Source: Balanoglossus misakiensis
Taxonomy: Eukaryota; Animalia; Hemichordata
Reading direction: 5' to 3'
NCBI GenBank assembly: GCA_040954595.2
Contig: CM082579.2
Coordinates: forward strand, 1,439,908 to 1,503,907
Length of the DNA stretch: 64,000 nucleotides
A model generated the notes under the pieces. It was not told where the DNA came from. It was given only the letters and a program-made list of their open reading frames with translations, and ran no database searches. The translations under genes and the position numbers were made by a program. Shown here in pieces: positions 18,809 to 34,200 of the stretch (positions are counted from its first letter, which is position 1; every line of letters begins with the position of its first letter).

Positions 18809-18845
18809 TGGATGGATGGATGGAAGGATGGATGGATGGATGGAT
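18809..18845. repeat. (TGGA)n microsatellite
   Basis: About 9 units with one interruption. It explains the MDGWMEGW low-complexity ORF. Confidence 0.85.
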
Positions 18846-21800
18846 ATTGGGTATGTGGGTTAGAAGTTACAATGGGGTTGGAGAGACTGATGAACAGATG
18901 AATGCATGGATTGTGATTAGCCCGTGTGAGTTCGGGTCGATGAATAGCAGGAAAATTTGCAATATTCTTTCTTTTCACTAAGATTGACTTATTGGAGATT
19001 GCTGGGAATGTTATTAAACGATTATAAGTGCAGTGTGTCTCTTTACTGACCTTTAAACCCATTTCAAAGTAGAGTTAAAATCAGCATACACATTACACTC
19101 CATGACAGAGATGACTACATATTGCAATTTACACAGTAAACACAAATGGCATTTTCTGAATGAGTTTTTCTACCCTTGTGTAACAGTATGTTTGCTCTTA
19201 ATTTCTTTTCTTTCAATATCGATGAAAAACTACCACGAACAACTCAACACGATTGCTTCAAGTTAAACAGTCTGACAAATGAAACGTTGCTCAAGGCAGT
19301 TCGTGTCGTCCACACGTGTACTGTGTTAGTTTGTGGTCTCTTTAGCATTACAAACCATGATTGATCTAAAACAGTAACAAATAAGATGTGTACTCAACCA
19401 GTAGAAACGCAAACCTCATGGCATTTAAACTAATCACTGTCCAGCTCAGTCACTTACGTAAGGGGGAGAGCAGGGGTGAATACTGGGGTCTCTTATACGT
19501 GAGCTTACGAACTGTGCTCAAATAAAAGTTGCGAAACTTAGGTGGTGCAAACGATGAATTCTAGTCGCGCATTAGGTGTTGTGTTTGTCGGACGTATTTG
19601 TCGAGTAACTTGTTTGAAATTAGCGCCCTCTCGCTTTCCACACGTAACAAGAAAAACATCCCTAGTTTCGTTCGTGGAACATCGAGGCAGTAAAGACCAT
19701 GTTCAAATCGCACAGGAATGGTAACTAACTACTGATAATTGGGTATTTGTATTCAACAGCGGATTTCACGAGACCACTTGAAATAACGAAAGCACATGCT
19801 TACCTAGAAGACAATAGTGCAATTAAGATGAGAACTGAAGAGTTTTGTATACTAATGGTCGTTTTTTTCTAACTGCAAGTCCGTTAGTCTTGATGCTTAC
19901 AGATTTTACTTAATATTGTACTCTCCCCTTTCTTCCTTAAATCTTCGTGAAGAAAGATGTGTAATCACCAAATGAAAGATCATATTATAGAACCCAATGC
20001 CTAAGTTTCCCCGTCTACCTTAATTTTCGCTTTCTTTCGGTCGGTTTCGCCACTATCCGATAAAGTATCATGCCATCGATCTCACCGGTTGATGGTCGAT
20101 TCACATCGAACAAGCAAACGCAGTAGATACGTGCTGGCATTTTGATTCCCAAAGCGTGGTTCAATGTCATCGTCTAAAAATAACGTCGATACACTGTCAC
20201 AGACTTGTAGAATGCTTCTTTCTGATAATTCTCAAGAGAACTTAATACTTGTCGCGCTTGATGAGCATGATTGCATTAACTTTTCTTCATTCAAGACTCT
20301 TTATAGAAAAAACCTAATTAGTACATCCTTTCCAGGGAAGAACACAATTTTCTCTTGCTTCAAAGCAAGTAATTAATTGCATGAAACTCGCATAATTAAA
20401 AATGACACATTCGATATATTCTGTCGTGGAAGGTCATCGTGGATGAATCTACTTGACTTTTTTAGTTCAGTGTTTGGTGAGACAGCTGTACAGGTCGTTC
20501 GAGTGAAACGCTTTATTGGCCCATCAAGGTAAGAACACTTCAAGAGAACAACTTTAGATTGTGTCGCAAATAGGTAAGCTATGTCCCAGATAGGTACAGT
20601 ACGTACAGTCGAAGATATGTAAACTGCTGGAAAAAATTAAGATCCCTGTTCGGTCTGTAAAGCAGATACATATTCCGAACGAGTTGTAAAATTTTCATGA
20701 ACATTTAATGAGTTCCAACTGGAGGGAATAGGTTTTAGTACTCGCCCGTGGTTCTCAACAAAATTATTACAAGGTAATAAATAAAAAACGGCTATCAAGT
20801 GAATGATTTGAATGATAGTGACTAAATATTTATTGAATAGTTCTTAGGGGATACTTAGGCAGAGAAGCGGTTGTCACGTCTGCTCTATTATGTGTATGGA
20901 AACGAGTTATATTACATTTACATTGACCCGCCCGACTTCATCCGATCCATTAAATATGAGAGAGCAATCTCCGCACGAAAGGCCAGGAGTCAGTTTTGAC
21001 CAGTCGTTGACATCATTATCCATGAAAGTTTTTTCGTGGGAAGAGGCTAATTAGAATGTCATAGGTTGTGGATTTTGGTGGGAGGGTTGCATGCTAATAC
21101 GTTTGCGTGCGAAAAAAATTCTTGTAGTGCCTACAAACTGGCAGAGAGGCTGTGAACGAATAGATTGCCCTGACTATTTCAATCTCTGCCACTTTCCGAT
21201 GACTTTGTTAATCTGTCTATACCTCAAGAATATTTTGCGCTATCGCGAATCATTCCGATTTAAGTATAGAAACGTGAGGAATCTGGTATCATTGTCATAA
21301 ATACAGTTTAGAACGACCCCGATGTAATTTCACACATGGCTTGCGTATGAGGTTTGATGTGAATAATCAAAACGGTTATTTCATAAATAGGAAACGCAAT
21401 GAAATATCTCGGGAGGTCATATTATCGGGACGTGGGCGGTGTAATCTTTGTGCCTTCGATTCTGGAGAACAGCTGGGCACCAAAATACATGTGTTTTGCT
21501 GACCTTGACGTCAAAGGCAGTAGTATGTTGTATAAATGTTTGGATATGGGAATTGACTTGTGTAAGCAAAGTCAGCCGACCTCTCCTTTGAAGATCGCGT
21601 TCGGGGTAAATGCACTTACAAAACGATCGCGGTTTTCTGATCCCGTTGTTAATTTTCAGTTGCTGTGGAAACCTAAACCGTCCCCTTAAAAATGTCATAA
21701 CTGCCTTTGTGAAGTTCATAAATAGTTTGTTGCGGTGTTATTAATTAGATAAGATCTATGGAATTAAAATTTCGTTCTGCATGGTATCAGGTTGCCCTGT

Positions 21801-24800
21801 GCCATTTAATCGATTGCTGCGGCTGAGACTCACGTTTCATTCTGTGTCTCGTAGGAAGATGGGTAAATTAAAAGCAGAATCAGCTATCTCCTGCAGTCTC
21901 TTGCTACTCCTTACTTGCGACAAAGACTGTCCCGCCGAAACTAGGCCGATGGCAAATCTAAGCATCCGGCAGACGATTAGATCAAACTTTTTCGCTGCCC
22001 AAGCGGAGTGATTTACATACGCTCTTCTTCCTACCCCTTTTGTTATTTAAAACAGCGCGCATTGATTTCAAATACACGCGGTCTCGTTACCTCAAAATTT
22101 ATCTGTCAGAAGTGACGATTACATCAAAGATTGACTTCGGCTAAAGCATCCATCATATGTGTGGCAGGTAACACAATAACCCTAAATGAGACATCCAAAA
22201 CTATCTCTAAACATCTGTTTTGCACTGTGTGGCCTCTTCCATGGACACGGCCAGGATATCACAAAAAATTTAAACAACGCCCACAGACTAAAATTCAAGT
22301 GATAATGACATTTTTCGGTGCTTATATGCACTTAAACTTAACTCAGTTAATGATATGATTTATCTGCACAAAGATCTTGCCGAGAAATTGTGATTGAATC
22401 CCGTTTTCTTACTTTCAACTATAACACATCTCATCATGTGTGTTGGCCCTATAGTGAGTGAGTACTGGCTATTTTACCTTGTTTGCGCGTTGTATGACTC
22501 ACAATGTTAATATGCTAGCGTGAGGTAAATTTCACCTGTGATCTTTTACCCAAATGAGTAGGTATTATCTAAGAAGCACCATCTTCATGTGATATGCTTC
22601 TTCGCGGATACGTCTTAAGAACGACTGCATCGCCCGAGGCGCAGTCACCCCAGGTCACCTACTTTGCCGTGGTTTATCTACGTTTTAATGGTAGAGAACA
22701 TTATTACGCACTTAGCAGAGAACGGCAGGTGCTTTTCAGTTATGTAGGGGAAGGACTCGGCTCTTAAAATGGGATATAAAACAAAACTATTCTAATTTTC
22801 TGATAACATTAATTTTGTTATTTCAGTAAAACGGAAACGAGTAAACAAATGATCAGCTCTAACACGTCCAGTGGATTATTTTGGAGCTCATGAGTGGCAG
22901 AGTTTTGAACTTGTACAGTTTAAATGTCGATTAACATTTCTAACTACAGAATGATAAAAAATATCGTTTCTGGAGGGTCAAGCATCGGAAAGAGCGGAGA
23001 TCTTTATCTCTTGCCGCCCAAGCGCGGTGATAATGGTGAACATTCGTCGATGGTTGCAGCACTTAGGTGATATTTCAGATTATTTCGACCAATTCCAATC
23101 GGATCTTCAATGACTTACAAGTAACTTACTTAATTTTGCCTTCGTGTCCAAATGTTGGTACTCGAAGGAAAAAAGAAAAAAGAACTTAATCAGACACTTT
23201 GTAAAAGACAGGATGTACACCATTACATAAGCTCTAGCCCGCCGAAAAGGTCTTTCCAAAATTGAAAGATCTTTACCTAGAGAAAGTCGCCATGGCAACT
23301 GTGATATTGAACAGAAACCCAGATGTAGGTCTGCCATATTGGATTACTATCTTCAAGACACAGGGGAAGTTTACTTTCCAAATCTATTCCGTTCTCATGA
23401 AGAATTCAACACTCGAGTTTGTCATGATATTTCGCCAGAATTATTCAAAGAGCAATTTGTTTTGACATTTCTATGGGTTTTGCGCTGCCTATTTCCTCCT
23501 CCCACGAGTCAAAATAATAACCAGGGGCAACTCGCTTTAGATACCCGCATTGGGTTGGATTTAACACGTTCAGAAAAGTTGGTTTGCTTCATTTTGACAC
23601 TCCCTATAGGAAACAGGGCTTGGTAAAAAGGATTAACAATCACCAGAAACGTTTAATTTTAAACACAGTTGCTAAATCCATGTGGCGCCGTTATCGTTTA
23701 ATACCTGCATACAACTCTCCGCTTTCCTCTTTTAACCACTTAAAAAAACTTCATAGTATATAAAAAAAATTGAGTCGATAAAGTTCCACAACTTACATAA
23801 TTTAAATTTGGCTTTGAAACTAGGGTATTTTCTAACAATTTACATGAATGTAAGGTCATGTTTTGAACACGATATTGCATTGTCGTCATTGATATCAACT
23901 TTGTAGCTGCATAGTACAAGAATGACGTTTTCGGGCCACAAAATGCCAATTTCTACTTTTTAACAGCACATCTGAACCACACTTAAGTTAAGATATTCTC
24001 AAAAAGCCTGATGTATAAGTTAGATGTCACTTCCTTTGTGGGCAGGAGGTACTGACGCTGCGACTGGAGGCGTGCATAGAAACCATGATTCCATAGCAAC
24101 TGCTTTGGTTATACAGTGAATTTGGCTGCTTTGCGAAACGATAATTACTGTTTTAATAATTAAACGCTGCCATAAAGTATTAATAGTAAAAAAAACACAA
24201 GATACATAAGACGATTACACTGGTTTTCCTTAAGGGTTGAATAAACAGATTGTTGCACCTCCATGCAATTGACAACTGACTAATTCTGTCCTGAAGAAGC
24301 GAGGATATGTTCAAATATGAATAAGCAGTTAGCAAGTTTATTCGGGGGGTGAATGTTGTAGTTTCTGAGGAGAAACACACGAACAATTTATGCCATTTGT
24401 GATGGTGGTGATGAAGTAGAACAAATAGGCTAAGAGATTTACTTGCCGCACTTCTTATGTTTAGTGTTTGCCATGCTTTGATTGATAGTTCATAACAGAC
24501 GACACACAAATCACAAATCTTAATCAGAAGTCATAAATTAAAAGACTGTAAATACATCCTGTAAATGAAATGGATGTGGATTCTGTTCTTGTGGGATATT
24601 AACGATGTCATTCAATAGCCAAAGTATACCTTCGGTAGATTAACTTTTTGGTATTGTCTGCTTGGTTGATCACTTGTGGTTCTGATAAAATAATGTCACG
24701 GTACGGAGGACGTTATCTGAATGAAACGGTTCACCTCAACACGTAAGGCCGCATAGACTGACTGCGGATGAAGAAAACGAGTTGATTTCCATTGCTAAAT

Positions 24801-27720
24801 GGCCTTCAATCGATGTAGCGATACATCGTTAGCGTTATCAACGTTCTTATTGTCTCGTAATGCAGGCGGCGTTGTTGACAATGAATGAGAGCTAATAGCC
24901 ATTGTGCGTCGCGAAGGGAGTCATTTCTACATCTCTGCATGCGTGCAGCGTTTGCCGATACGTGCACGGTGATCGTCGCGCCACGCATGCAGCAGCTAAT
25001 CTTCCGTTTGCACAGTCCAGTCACGTGCGCTTGCGTCTCCCGAGTTGCCATTGTCGATCATTCTGGGGAGGAATTGCAAGTCAGAGACGTTTCAAAGATC
25101 AGACTTGACCACGCGGGAAAATATCATCTGCATTAAATGTCATCGCCGAGTTGTCAATAAAATAAAGATGTATAGTTCTCTTCTCATTGACGTCCTTTAT
25201 ATTTAATGCCACCATGATTTTCATTGTTTGTTGGGGGGGGGGGGGGTATTTTGGGCCGGAGCTACCTGTTTCATGCGCAGAAGCACCATAATCCACCAAA
25301 CGTGAAAGTATATTATTTTGAATCATATGTTTTGGGCTTTATGCCATCATCGGGAATCGGAACACTTGTTCTGACAGACGATTGAAAACATGCACACACC
25401 TCCCGGTGTCTATAAAAATAAGCCAATGTTTGCAGAAAAAAATCCAGGGTCGGTGTTTAGTCTCACAATAAAACAACTCGGTAATTTCAAAGGACATGGT
25501 TCTTAATTTTGTCATATAACACGCCGGAACTACAAGGCTATATGTTGCCACGCTAACGTAAATTCTGCCACTCCGCTCAGACTTGGTAGACAGTACAATC
25601 GATCACGCCATTGAATCAAGGTACTCTTACATTTATCACACAAAAGGGGGTTCGCACTGACCAATAAGGATTCTATAGATTAAACTATATGGCGACGTTA
25701 CATTAATCCGCGTTAGAAAGTTATTGGTAATTACGGTTTCGCAGTACCTGCTAATCGAGAGGACGGTATTATATTACAGTTTCACGGGCTAGTTGGGGAT
25801 ATACATGTAATAACGCCATATTGGCAAGCGCATCCATGAAAGCAGCGCATTTTATGATGACATTTATATGGATTCATATTGCCACAGTCCGGACGATACG
25901 CAAAGTGGCATGCGTGCATATAACTCGTGTTGAAGAAGGAATATATTAAAGCATGAACGCCGCGATAGTATAGCGATTAAAACACTTTCAAAACCAGCGC
26001 CCATTAAAGAGCGATGTTAGGCTGAGGCCCGCTAAGTTGTCTATTATATCCTGTTCAAAATTTCTTGTAGGTGCACAGTAATTTCACTCCATTCGTCGAT
26101 TACTTCCTTGATCTCTCTCTGTGGTCACGGTTTAATCTTTCAGAAAGGATTCAAAGTCGATAATCCTTTCCTTCTTTCCTTTTTGCTCGTTTGCCAGGGT
26201 AAGTAGACGCTTGCTTACGTAGTCTCCGAAGTATTGCGATGGCTCTGTACAGGAGTTATGTGCAAGAACCCGTGATAGAAAAATCTAGACGCGGTTGAAC
26301 ATCAGCCGAACGAGGCCAACAGTTAAATATTTGAGCACCATCTATCGGCTCCCCAGGCAAATTGTGATGGCTTGCAATAACCTCGACTTTTGAGGACCTT
26401 CTGACCTCAACGATCGTCCTTTGCAAAAACAAACGTAAGAAGGATATCGAACACGAGAATAGATGGGCAGTGACGTAACCATTTAAACCGGTTAGAAGAA
26501 TTCGGAGTTCCCTAACAGGGCGCTTCAGATCTGTACTAGAACCTATGTTTAAAAAACGAAATCTCTACAGACAGGCAATCAAGCGGTCAGTCTGAACATG
26601 GTACGAAGCTTGTTGGAGAACTGTATTATCCCCGACCATCTGAACACAAAAAATCTGCAACTGCGACATATTGACATACCTATGTAGTCCAATCCTGAAT
26701 ATTGGTGGTATTATTATGGTATTACCTTCACTATGAATACAACTTTGCTGAAAGAGTGTCTGTCGCTCTATAGACCAGAATAAGCCGATGCATTAATAAA
26801 ACGAGACGGAGTAAATTACACATTGCAATGTCAAGTCAATTCTTAAAAATTCTAATCTTGATAATTCACCAAACACCTTCAAAGGCAACACGTTCCTATT
26901 TTCCCTTTTCGCGAAATTAATTACAAGATAAGCCCGGCTGAACTTTGACCCTTCCCTTTTGACGTTTTCAGAGAAGATTGTTGGTGGACTTAGTCACAAT
27001 TCTCATTTCAACAATAACTATTTGACAGATGGACATATTCTTAACAACTTTCAATAATGCAAACACAAAACATATGTTCGTGAAGTATTACAACCGCAAG
27101 TTCTACATGACAAAATAACTCGTTTATTAAAGTGCTGATATTGCCATATAGTCTTCTCTCAGCGAATACATTATTGCTATTTTCTAATCCTAGTGGGAAT
27201 GTTCCTGGCTTCTTTGGTTTCAGATAAAGCATTTACTGTGTTTAGATGGATTCGCATTAATTAATATCTTCGAATAATGACTTTTATTTCGAACCAGTCC
27301 CATTATTTTTTTGCATTAAATGGAACGGTTCAACCACCATTAATCCTTGCATCAACATTTAACATAAGAGTCACTCGAATTTTGTAACTGTCGTCCATCA
27401 GCTGTCAATTTCGTCAAATCACGAGAATACATTTTTATATCTTTTGATAGCGTCATAAATGGTTCATGAAAATCCTCGTCAACAAAACTGAATACCGCGC
27501 TGGAGTCAGATCCTCTTATAGGGCGCGTTGTTTTCCCCCAAAGAAATCACTACAGTCGGATTCGTCACCCTACATAGCTGTTACATTCATTCGCCTTTTG
27601 ATAATTGTCAGTTATTTCATCTTTTGCAATTGTATTTCAGACCAGCCAGAGATATGTTCAACCACGACATGCCATCGTTGTTGGGGGATCGTGACGTAGT
27701 GAACTGCCTGTGATCGCAGC

Positions 27721-27735
27721 TGGCGCCCCCTGGAC
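27721..27735 (-). promoter_or_regulatory. CTCF-like motif at the 5' edge of the iGluR promoter region
   Basis: The minus strand reads GTCCAGGGGGCGCCA, matching the CTCF core CCAGGGGGCGC. It lies about 450 bp upstream of the iGluR ATG in a GC-rich patch. Confidence 0.45.
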
Positions 27736-28177
27736 AATTATTTCAAGAAGCACAGTCCTGGCTGTACGAGTTGTGTCTGTCTCGTTTTGACCCTCCCGTT
27801 AACCGGTTTACGCATCGAGTCAACTGAGTGAAGTCTGCTGGTGTTTTTGCGATCTCTTCTAGGCTTGGCTCATCACCGAAAAGGCGACCGGGTCAGAGCA
27901 GCGGAGATCTGGAGAATTTCAGGCGGACTGACTCTGACAATTCCGAACACTGGCGTATCAGACGCGCGTCCGCATTTCACATGTGTTTTTGGCACTTGGC
28001 TGGACTTGCGCCTGGATTGCAGACTACTCGTCGCAGTTTGTCCATTAAAGCTGCATTTAATAACTCCAGTAAGATCTGCGAAATATTTCAGACGAAGTCA
28101 ATCAGAATCTTCCGGGGAAAGAATAACTTCTGCGATCGCTCCACCGATTCTTTGTGTAAAAACTACAAGCCGTAGTC

Positions 28178-28289
28178 ATGTCGTCCGCACACTTTCTGCA
28201 AGTGTTAATACTCAGTGCGTGTCTACATACGATTAACGGACAACAGGTTGCCAATAATTCGGATCAGGCTGTTATTTCGACAGCTTTCG
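28178..28289 (+). CDS. First coding exon (signal peptide) of the ionotropic glutamate-receptor-family gene
   Basis: Encodes MSSAHFLQVLILSACLHTING-QQVANNSDQAVISTAF-G and ends G|GTAAGT (phase 1). This complements the GG that starts the exon at 52948 to give ...TAFGIVYCD..., the position of the first ATD beta-strand. It is not in the ORF track because it is under 60 aa. Confidence 0.75.
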
Positions 28290-31200
28290 GTAAGTTTGAA
28301 TATTTAAGACTATTTCCCTTCGCCCCTCAGCAAACTGTTCGTGGGCATGCGTAAGTAGACAGATAAAATTGATATTAATTTGTTGCGTTCGCTCCTGGCC
28401 ATCATTCTTCGTTAACAGTTTTCAACGCCAGCAGGACAGCGAAAGTGTGGCAGACGTCAATTCATCAAACTCCATGGTGATATGGAGGTATAGTGATGAC
28501 GACGCTTGTCAATTTACAATGAGTGTTATTGGAAGCTTTTCAGTGGTACAGCTTGTAAACAAACACGAACGTAGGAGCAAGGAGATCAAAAGGTTTTATA
28601 TATAATGCATCCCTCCATCAGCATTGATGAGATCGAAGTACAGCAAATTTGGTACAATTACTGAAATGTATCAAGAAAAAGAGGGCACTACCGAGTAAAC
28701 GCTGTCATTTCAAGAAATACGGTCCCCTTTTTACTGTACACACATTGTTTACTATAGTCTGCATTCAATCGTTCAGACTAATATATGACTATTTGTTTTC
28801 TGACTTTCCAATATAACATTTTTTCACCGTTCAACAAAGACCGGCTCGACAGTCTCCAAATACAATTACTGTACACGATGACAGTGAGGTTTTCTAATTT
28901 GATTTTCCTTCATTTAATGTCGACGAGTTTTGCTTCCATTTTTGACACAGGTGTTACAGGCATTGAATGTAAAACCCTACTTCTAAGTGAGGCCCTTCTT
29001 TTTGTAATCTATATGCACGTAGAGTGATTAAATTATGCGGCCACTGCGGATAGAACAACCCCAATAACCTGAACATATATTATGAAAATCTACTACTATG
29101 AAAAGTCAGACACTTCAATATTCTTCAGGTCTGGAAATGACCTACGTGTTATCATACAAGTGATTTTTTTTTTTTTGCAAATTAATGTTGAATCGAGGTA
29201 ATCTGCTAATTTATCGTGCTATACTCAGTTTCTATGGAAACTGTTGTCATGGCCGTGTATTGAAATGATTTCCTTAAAGGAATTCATTGGTTTTATCCGA
29301 AGCAAAATGACGTCATTTTTTCTCATTCACGTGGTTAAACGCAAATACCAGTTCTTTGCTTTTCTGCCAATAGATATCACACATGTTCCATTATATTTTT
29401 CAAAGGTAACAAGTCGACATATTTGAGGGTCTCTAAAAATTGTGCGTTTGTCCACACAAGGGTGACGTGTTCTGATGAACTTGGTCAGTCATCGACAACT
29501 TCAAGTTGATTCTTAAATATAATGGGTTGTCAATGTGTTTTGAGGAAACAAGATTCCCAGGTGATCCGGTCGGGTTTTCACAACGTCAAATATCAAATGA
29601 CAACTGTGAAGGTTGATAAGACAACTCGTCTCCGTGGGCCGTGGTCATTTGGTGCTTGGCACGTGTCAATGTAACGCCATCAGCGTCAATGACAATGCCG
29701 TTTTCATATATCTCAACAGTGACATCTCACGTCTGCGTCATAAAACTATACAACGCGTCATCCACGGAGACGTTCACGCCACTTCAAATGGCGCGATGAA
29801 TCGAAAAGTGAAAACCCGCGGCAGGTGTTGCCATGAACTGCACGTATATTATTCCACCGATACTAACAGAGGAAGAAAACGGGGGACGCAAATCGACAAA
29901 TTGATTGAAAGCGGCATTACTGCAGTTTAATGCTTAAAAATTAAACAGGAACATTCCATTTTTAAAGGCCTTTAAATTATACAGCATGTTCCTTGCGTTA
30001 ATCTCACAGCAAGTATTACTTTATTATATAACGTTAACTATGCTTTTAAAGTGCCACATTACATGCATCGCTAAATGTAAGAAGCATATGGATATTCTCA
30101 ACGTGTTAATACCTCACTGGAGTAACTGGAAGATACGTACTGATTTTTTTCTAAACCGTGATTATTTCACTAAATGCACTATTTTCAGACGCGTTAGCAT
30201 TGACTAAATCGCGTCGTTATTGTGCGCCAATATCGCGCTAACTTCATATTACTGGTAATACGTATCGCATGCGTGAACATGCGTCGAAAGCTGAAAAAAC
30301 TTCAATATCGAACGTGTGATTAAGATGACCTACAAAGAATGACGGGGTTCACAGGTTAAAACTTTGGAAGAAAACTTTGTTCACTTTTTACTATGCTCTT
30401 TTCATATTATCAACCAACAGTACGTTTCTGTCAAATTGACCACGCCCACATGTAATTACATTGATTTGCTGGTGATACGGAGATTGGAGTATACTGTTAT
30501 TATTCCCTACGACAGAGACGAAATACGAAACTGTGTTATGCTTACAGGGGAGTAGCGTTCAACGACTTCTTTGCTATTCACATAACAGCATCTCGGACAA
30601 ATAATTGATGGCTGAATGACAGGGCGCTCTGGGTGGGGGCAGTGATGCGTGCAAGTGATAGGCAACAATTCTATGAAGTCTTAAATATAAAGCGGAAGGA
30701 ACGCTTCATCTTCGTTTTACTTGAAATATAAAAGCACCACCGCCCGGGTAATTACGAAGGGCTGAAAAGCAGCTCAAACATCTTTCGCGTCAATTACCTA
30801 TGTAAAAATCGTTTAGAATTTAAGTGGTAAAAACTAGAGCGATATTAAAGAAGAATGAGGTGTATTTCAAATCGATTGATTCTAATTTGGAGAAGTATCG
30901 AATGAGTCAGTCGCCTAGGTCACCGATCTGATGTTGATTAATCACTCTAACAACACAGAAACTTTATGAAACGGTAAATCCTTAAACCAGTCAATTGGTT
31001 TCAGATTATTGAGTTACTTTCCTGGCAGTACATCAATGACGTGTGCAATGCTGTCTTGAAGGTTACAGCGACAGGCAACAGGATTACGGTCAGCCTGGAC
31101 ACGTGATACATGATGGGATCTGATGACGTAGGTATATGACGGAGATACCTCGGTGCTGTTAGTTTTCAATTTCTTCCCTAAGCCCTGTGACATCCGGTTT

Positions 31201-34200
31201 CATTTCATTTTTTAGTTTTCTCGAGCGGCTGACAGACATACAGTACAGAGAGACAGACAGACAGACAGGCAAGCAGACTACACAAGAATGTGTACACCAT
31301 CTATTACAAATGACTAAAAGGGGGTTATGTCTTCGTTATTCCATTTATACTTTATGAAGACAGACTTATCCAGCAAACCACAGATACAAGGATCCACGAC
31401 ACAAGGTGTAAATTACGGGTCGTTACCTCTCCAGGGATTACTCATCCAAAGTATCGATCACTGCCACCATTGAAGTTCAATTAGTCAGATGTAATCTCGA
31501 TCGCTTTCACCTCACAGTGACGAGGTGTGAGCGTGTTTTCTGAGCAAACATTCCACCGTGACGTTCGAATTCATTTTTGTGTCGTGAACCAGCACAACCA
31601 TCACCTTTGTAAAACTGTACCGGTATCACTGTGATCTGAACGTCTGTCTCTTTCGATTCCGTTTACTCATAAATCATGATTTATCGATCGAAACCGTCGC
31701 AATTAAGGCTGTGATATAACTTAAACACGTGCACATTTCAGTCTTCGCATAACGCAAACGCATTAACTACTTGTAGTCGAAGAATGCGTGTTATAAAAAC
31801 AGATCGTGCACTGATATACTCGCCGCGTTCTTTCAAACTGCATAAACTGAAAAAAAAAAGATTGCCTCTTCATAAATCTATTACATGGGGATTCGATTGA
31901 TTTCAATGTGATTTTTAGCACAAGAAACGCCCTGGATGAAATGCAGTTAAATTCACCTGGACATCGCCAAGACTAAACGATAAAAAGTTAGTCTCCATGT
32001 TGTCTAAGATTTGCCGATTACACTTGTTCTTGTGGTAATAAGGTTACCTGTTATCACTACATGTACACAGGATACAACAGACACTCTGGCGCCAATTGAG
32101 CTATCTGAATACACGAGAATTTCACGAAATGCAAACAGAGAAACAGCAAGGGAAGCTTAAGCGAGTTTATCTTGCCAACGTGAACACCACTAATATAGGC
32201 CTCTCTTTATCCCACTGTGCATTGATAGCAATATAGGGTAAACCTGTTTGTAAATTACGCTATGTTCTTTAATAAATGCACTTGTCTTGACCGAGATTTT
32301 CGATTATCCATCATTTGAAATTAGTTAACATTAAATAATTGGCGCTCGTAAATTTCTATTTTCCCCATGGGCTTGCAAAGTAATGTTTATCCGGAGGGTA
32401 CTAGAGATCATTCCGTACGTTTTGGGATGGATGATTTAATATGCAGATATAGACAAGTGCATGACCCTATCCATTACTTACACAGCAATCTCAACCAGTT
32501 GCTCATTTAAGCGTCTTGTTAGTCGCAAACGACTTTTTGATGATGATGCTCGTGTGTCCTACCTCCTTACCTGCCTGCACGCTATATTTTTTGCTCTCTC
32601 CCTATCCTTTCCTCTCATTTCTCTATCTCTCTCAGTTCCAAACAAAACAACGGCGGGGAAAAGTGTACTTTCGTATTTGGTGAAAATGTGCTACTTCGGT
32701 GATGCGTCACACCGGGAATATCAATCTAGATTTGCGTCGGTCAAATGCATCACGCGTTAAAGAGAGTAAATCCACACGGTACCGTCACGAAGCATTAGAT
32801 CTGAACTCTACATGGAATTGCACTTGTTCTTGATAGTCCACATATATCAGACACGAAATTCTCCTGAGAAAACTCGGAAAGGTCGAGTATAGCCTAATGC
32901 CTACCTCGATCTGTCACAATCGGATACACTCGAAACCTGACGGCTGTCCGCCAGTTCTCCTGTAATTGCCTGAGTCGTCTGGACCTGCAGTCACCACGTC
33001 TGTGCTGCGTCCAAGCATGATTTATTCGATGTAAATGGCGGCTTTTTTCGCATATCTGTCACTATAAAATAAGTGCGTCGATGATTTGCTACTAGTACAG
33101 CGGATACTGCATATAAGTTGTACGGAAGTCGAACAGCCAGTGACTTACGAGAATTGTCGTTTAAATGGTAATGAAGTCTGGCCACGTGTTCGTCGCGACC
33201 AACGTCTTGAAAGATTTACGAACGCACCACGACCAACTCATGCTCGGGTCTTTATCTCCTGACATGTAACTTGCATGATTTAAGTAAACCAAAAATGAGA
33301 ATACACGTGTTCTGCATCAGCGCATACCGGGCAAATATTTCGCTGAGTTCTAGGCTTTCTATTGCAGGTAGTTTTGTAACTCGCTTCTTTTCTAGCTTGT
33401 TAAGTCGCATTTTAAACTTGTTCGTGACCTTGATTCATATTTAATACTAATAGCTTGAGGTTCTCGAGTTTATCAAATGAAGTCGGGTCAATTATTCATT
33501 TGAAAATTGGCACAATATCTGGCGCCATTTGGTGTCACGATTCATTTCAACTTTTGGAAATCACTCTCATCATACACACGCGTAAGCACTTGACGCTGAC
33601 CGCATTTTATCGTCTTCTATAGTAATAAATAATTTAGAAGAAGCAAAGATACAGCGGGATTTTTTACATTTACATGTCACTCATCATATAAAGCTGTCAG
33701 GATAGACGATTTGAGCAAGACTGAGTCAATCCCAAGGATGTAAGCGCCGTTACTATGCTCGCTCTTGAGACGATCTACATCTCGGTCGTGTATAAAGCTA
33801 ATTACTGTGCTCTGCAACCTTCTCATTTTCTGAGGTCATCATATTTCAAGTCATTAGATGAAACATTATTTCCATAATGTGATCTTTAAGACCGGCGACT
33901 GAGAAGGCTAATGTTAATTTATTTAATAAATTGAATTTTCTTGTTTGTATTTAACCTTCACACACCTTCCATCGGACGTGATCGCTGCTAAACTCTTTAA
34001 GTGTGCGCCAAGCCATCTAGAAACTATGTGTCATTATAATTGAAAGTAGGGACATTCAGATATCAAAAATAATGAATTTCCTGTCATAAAACGCGACAAT
34101 AAATCAAACCCGAAGACACTGAACGTCGTGAAAAGCGCAGATTCTATGGTGAAGAAATCCGGTATGGTCATAAACTTTGGTATTATGTCCATGCATGGAC

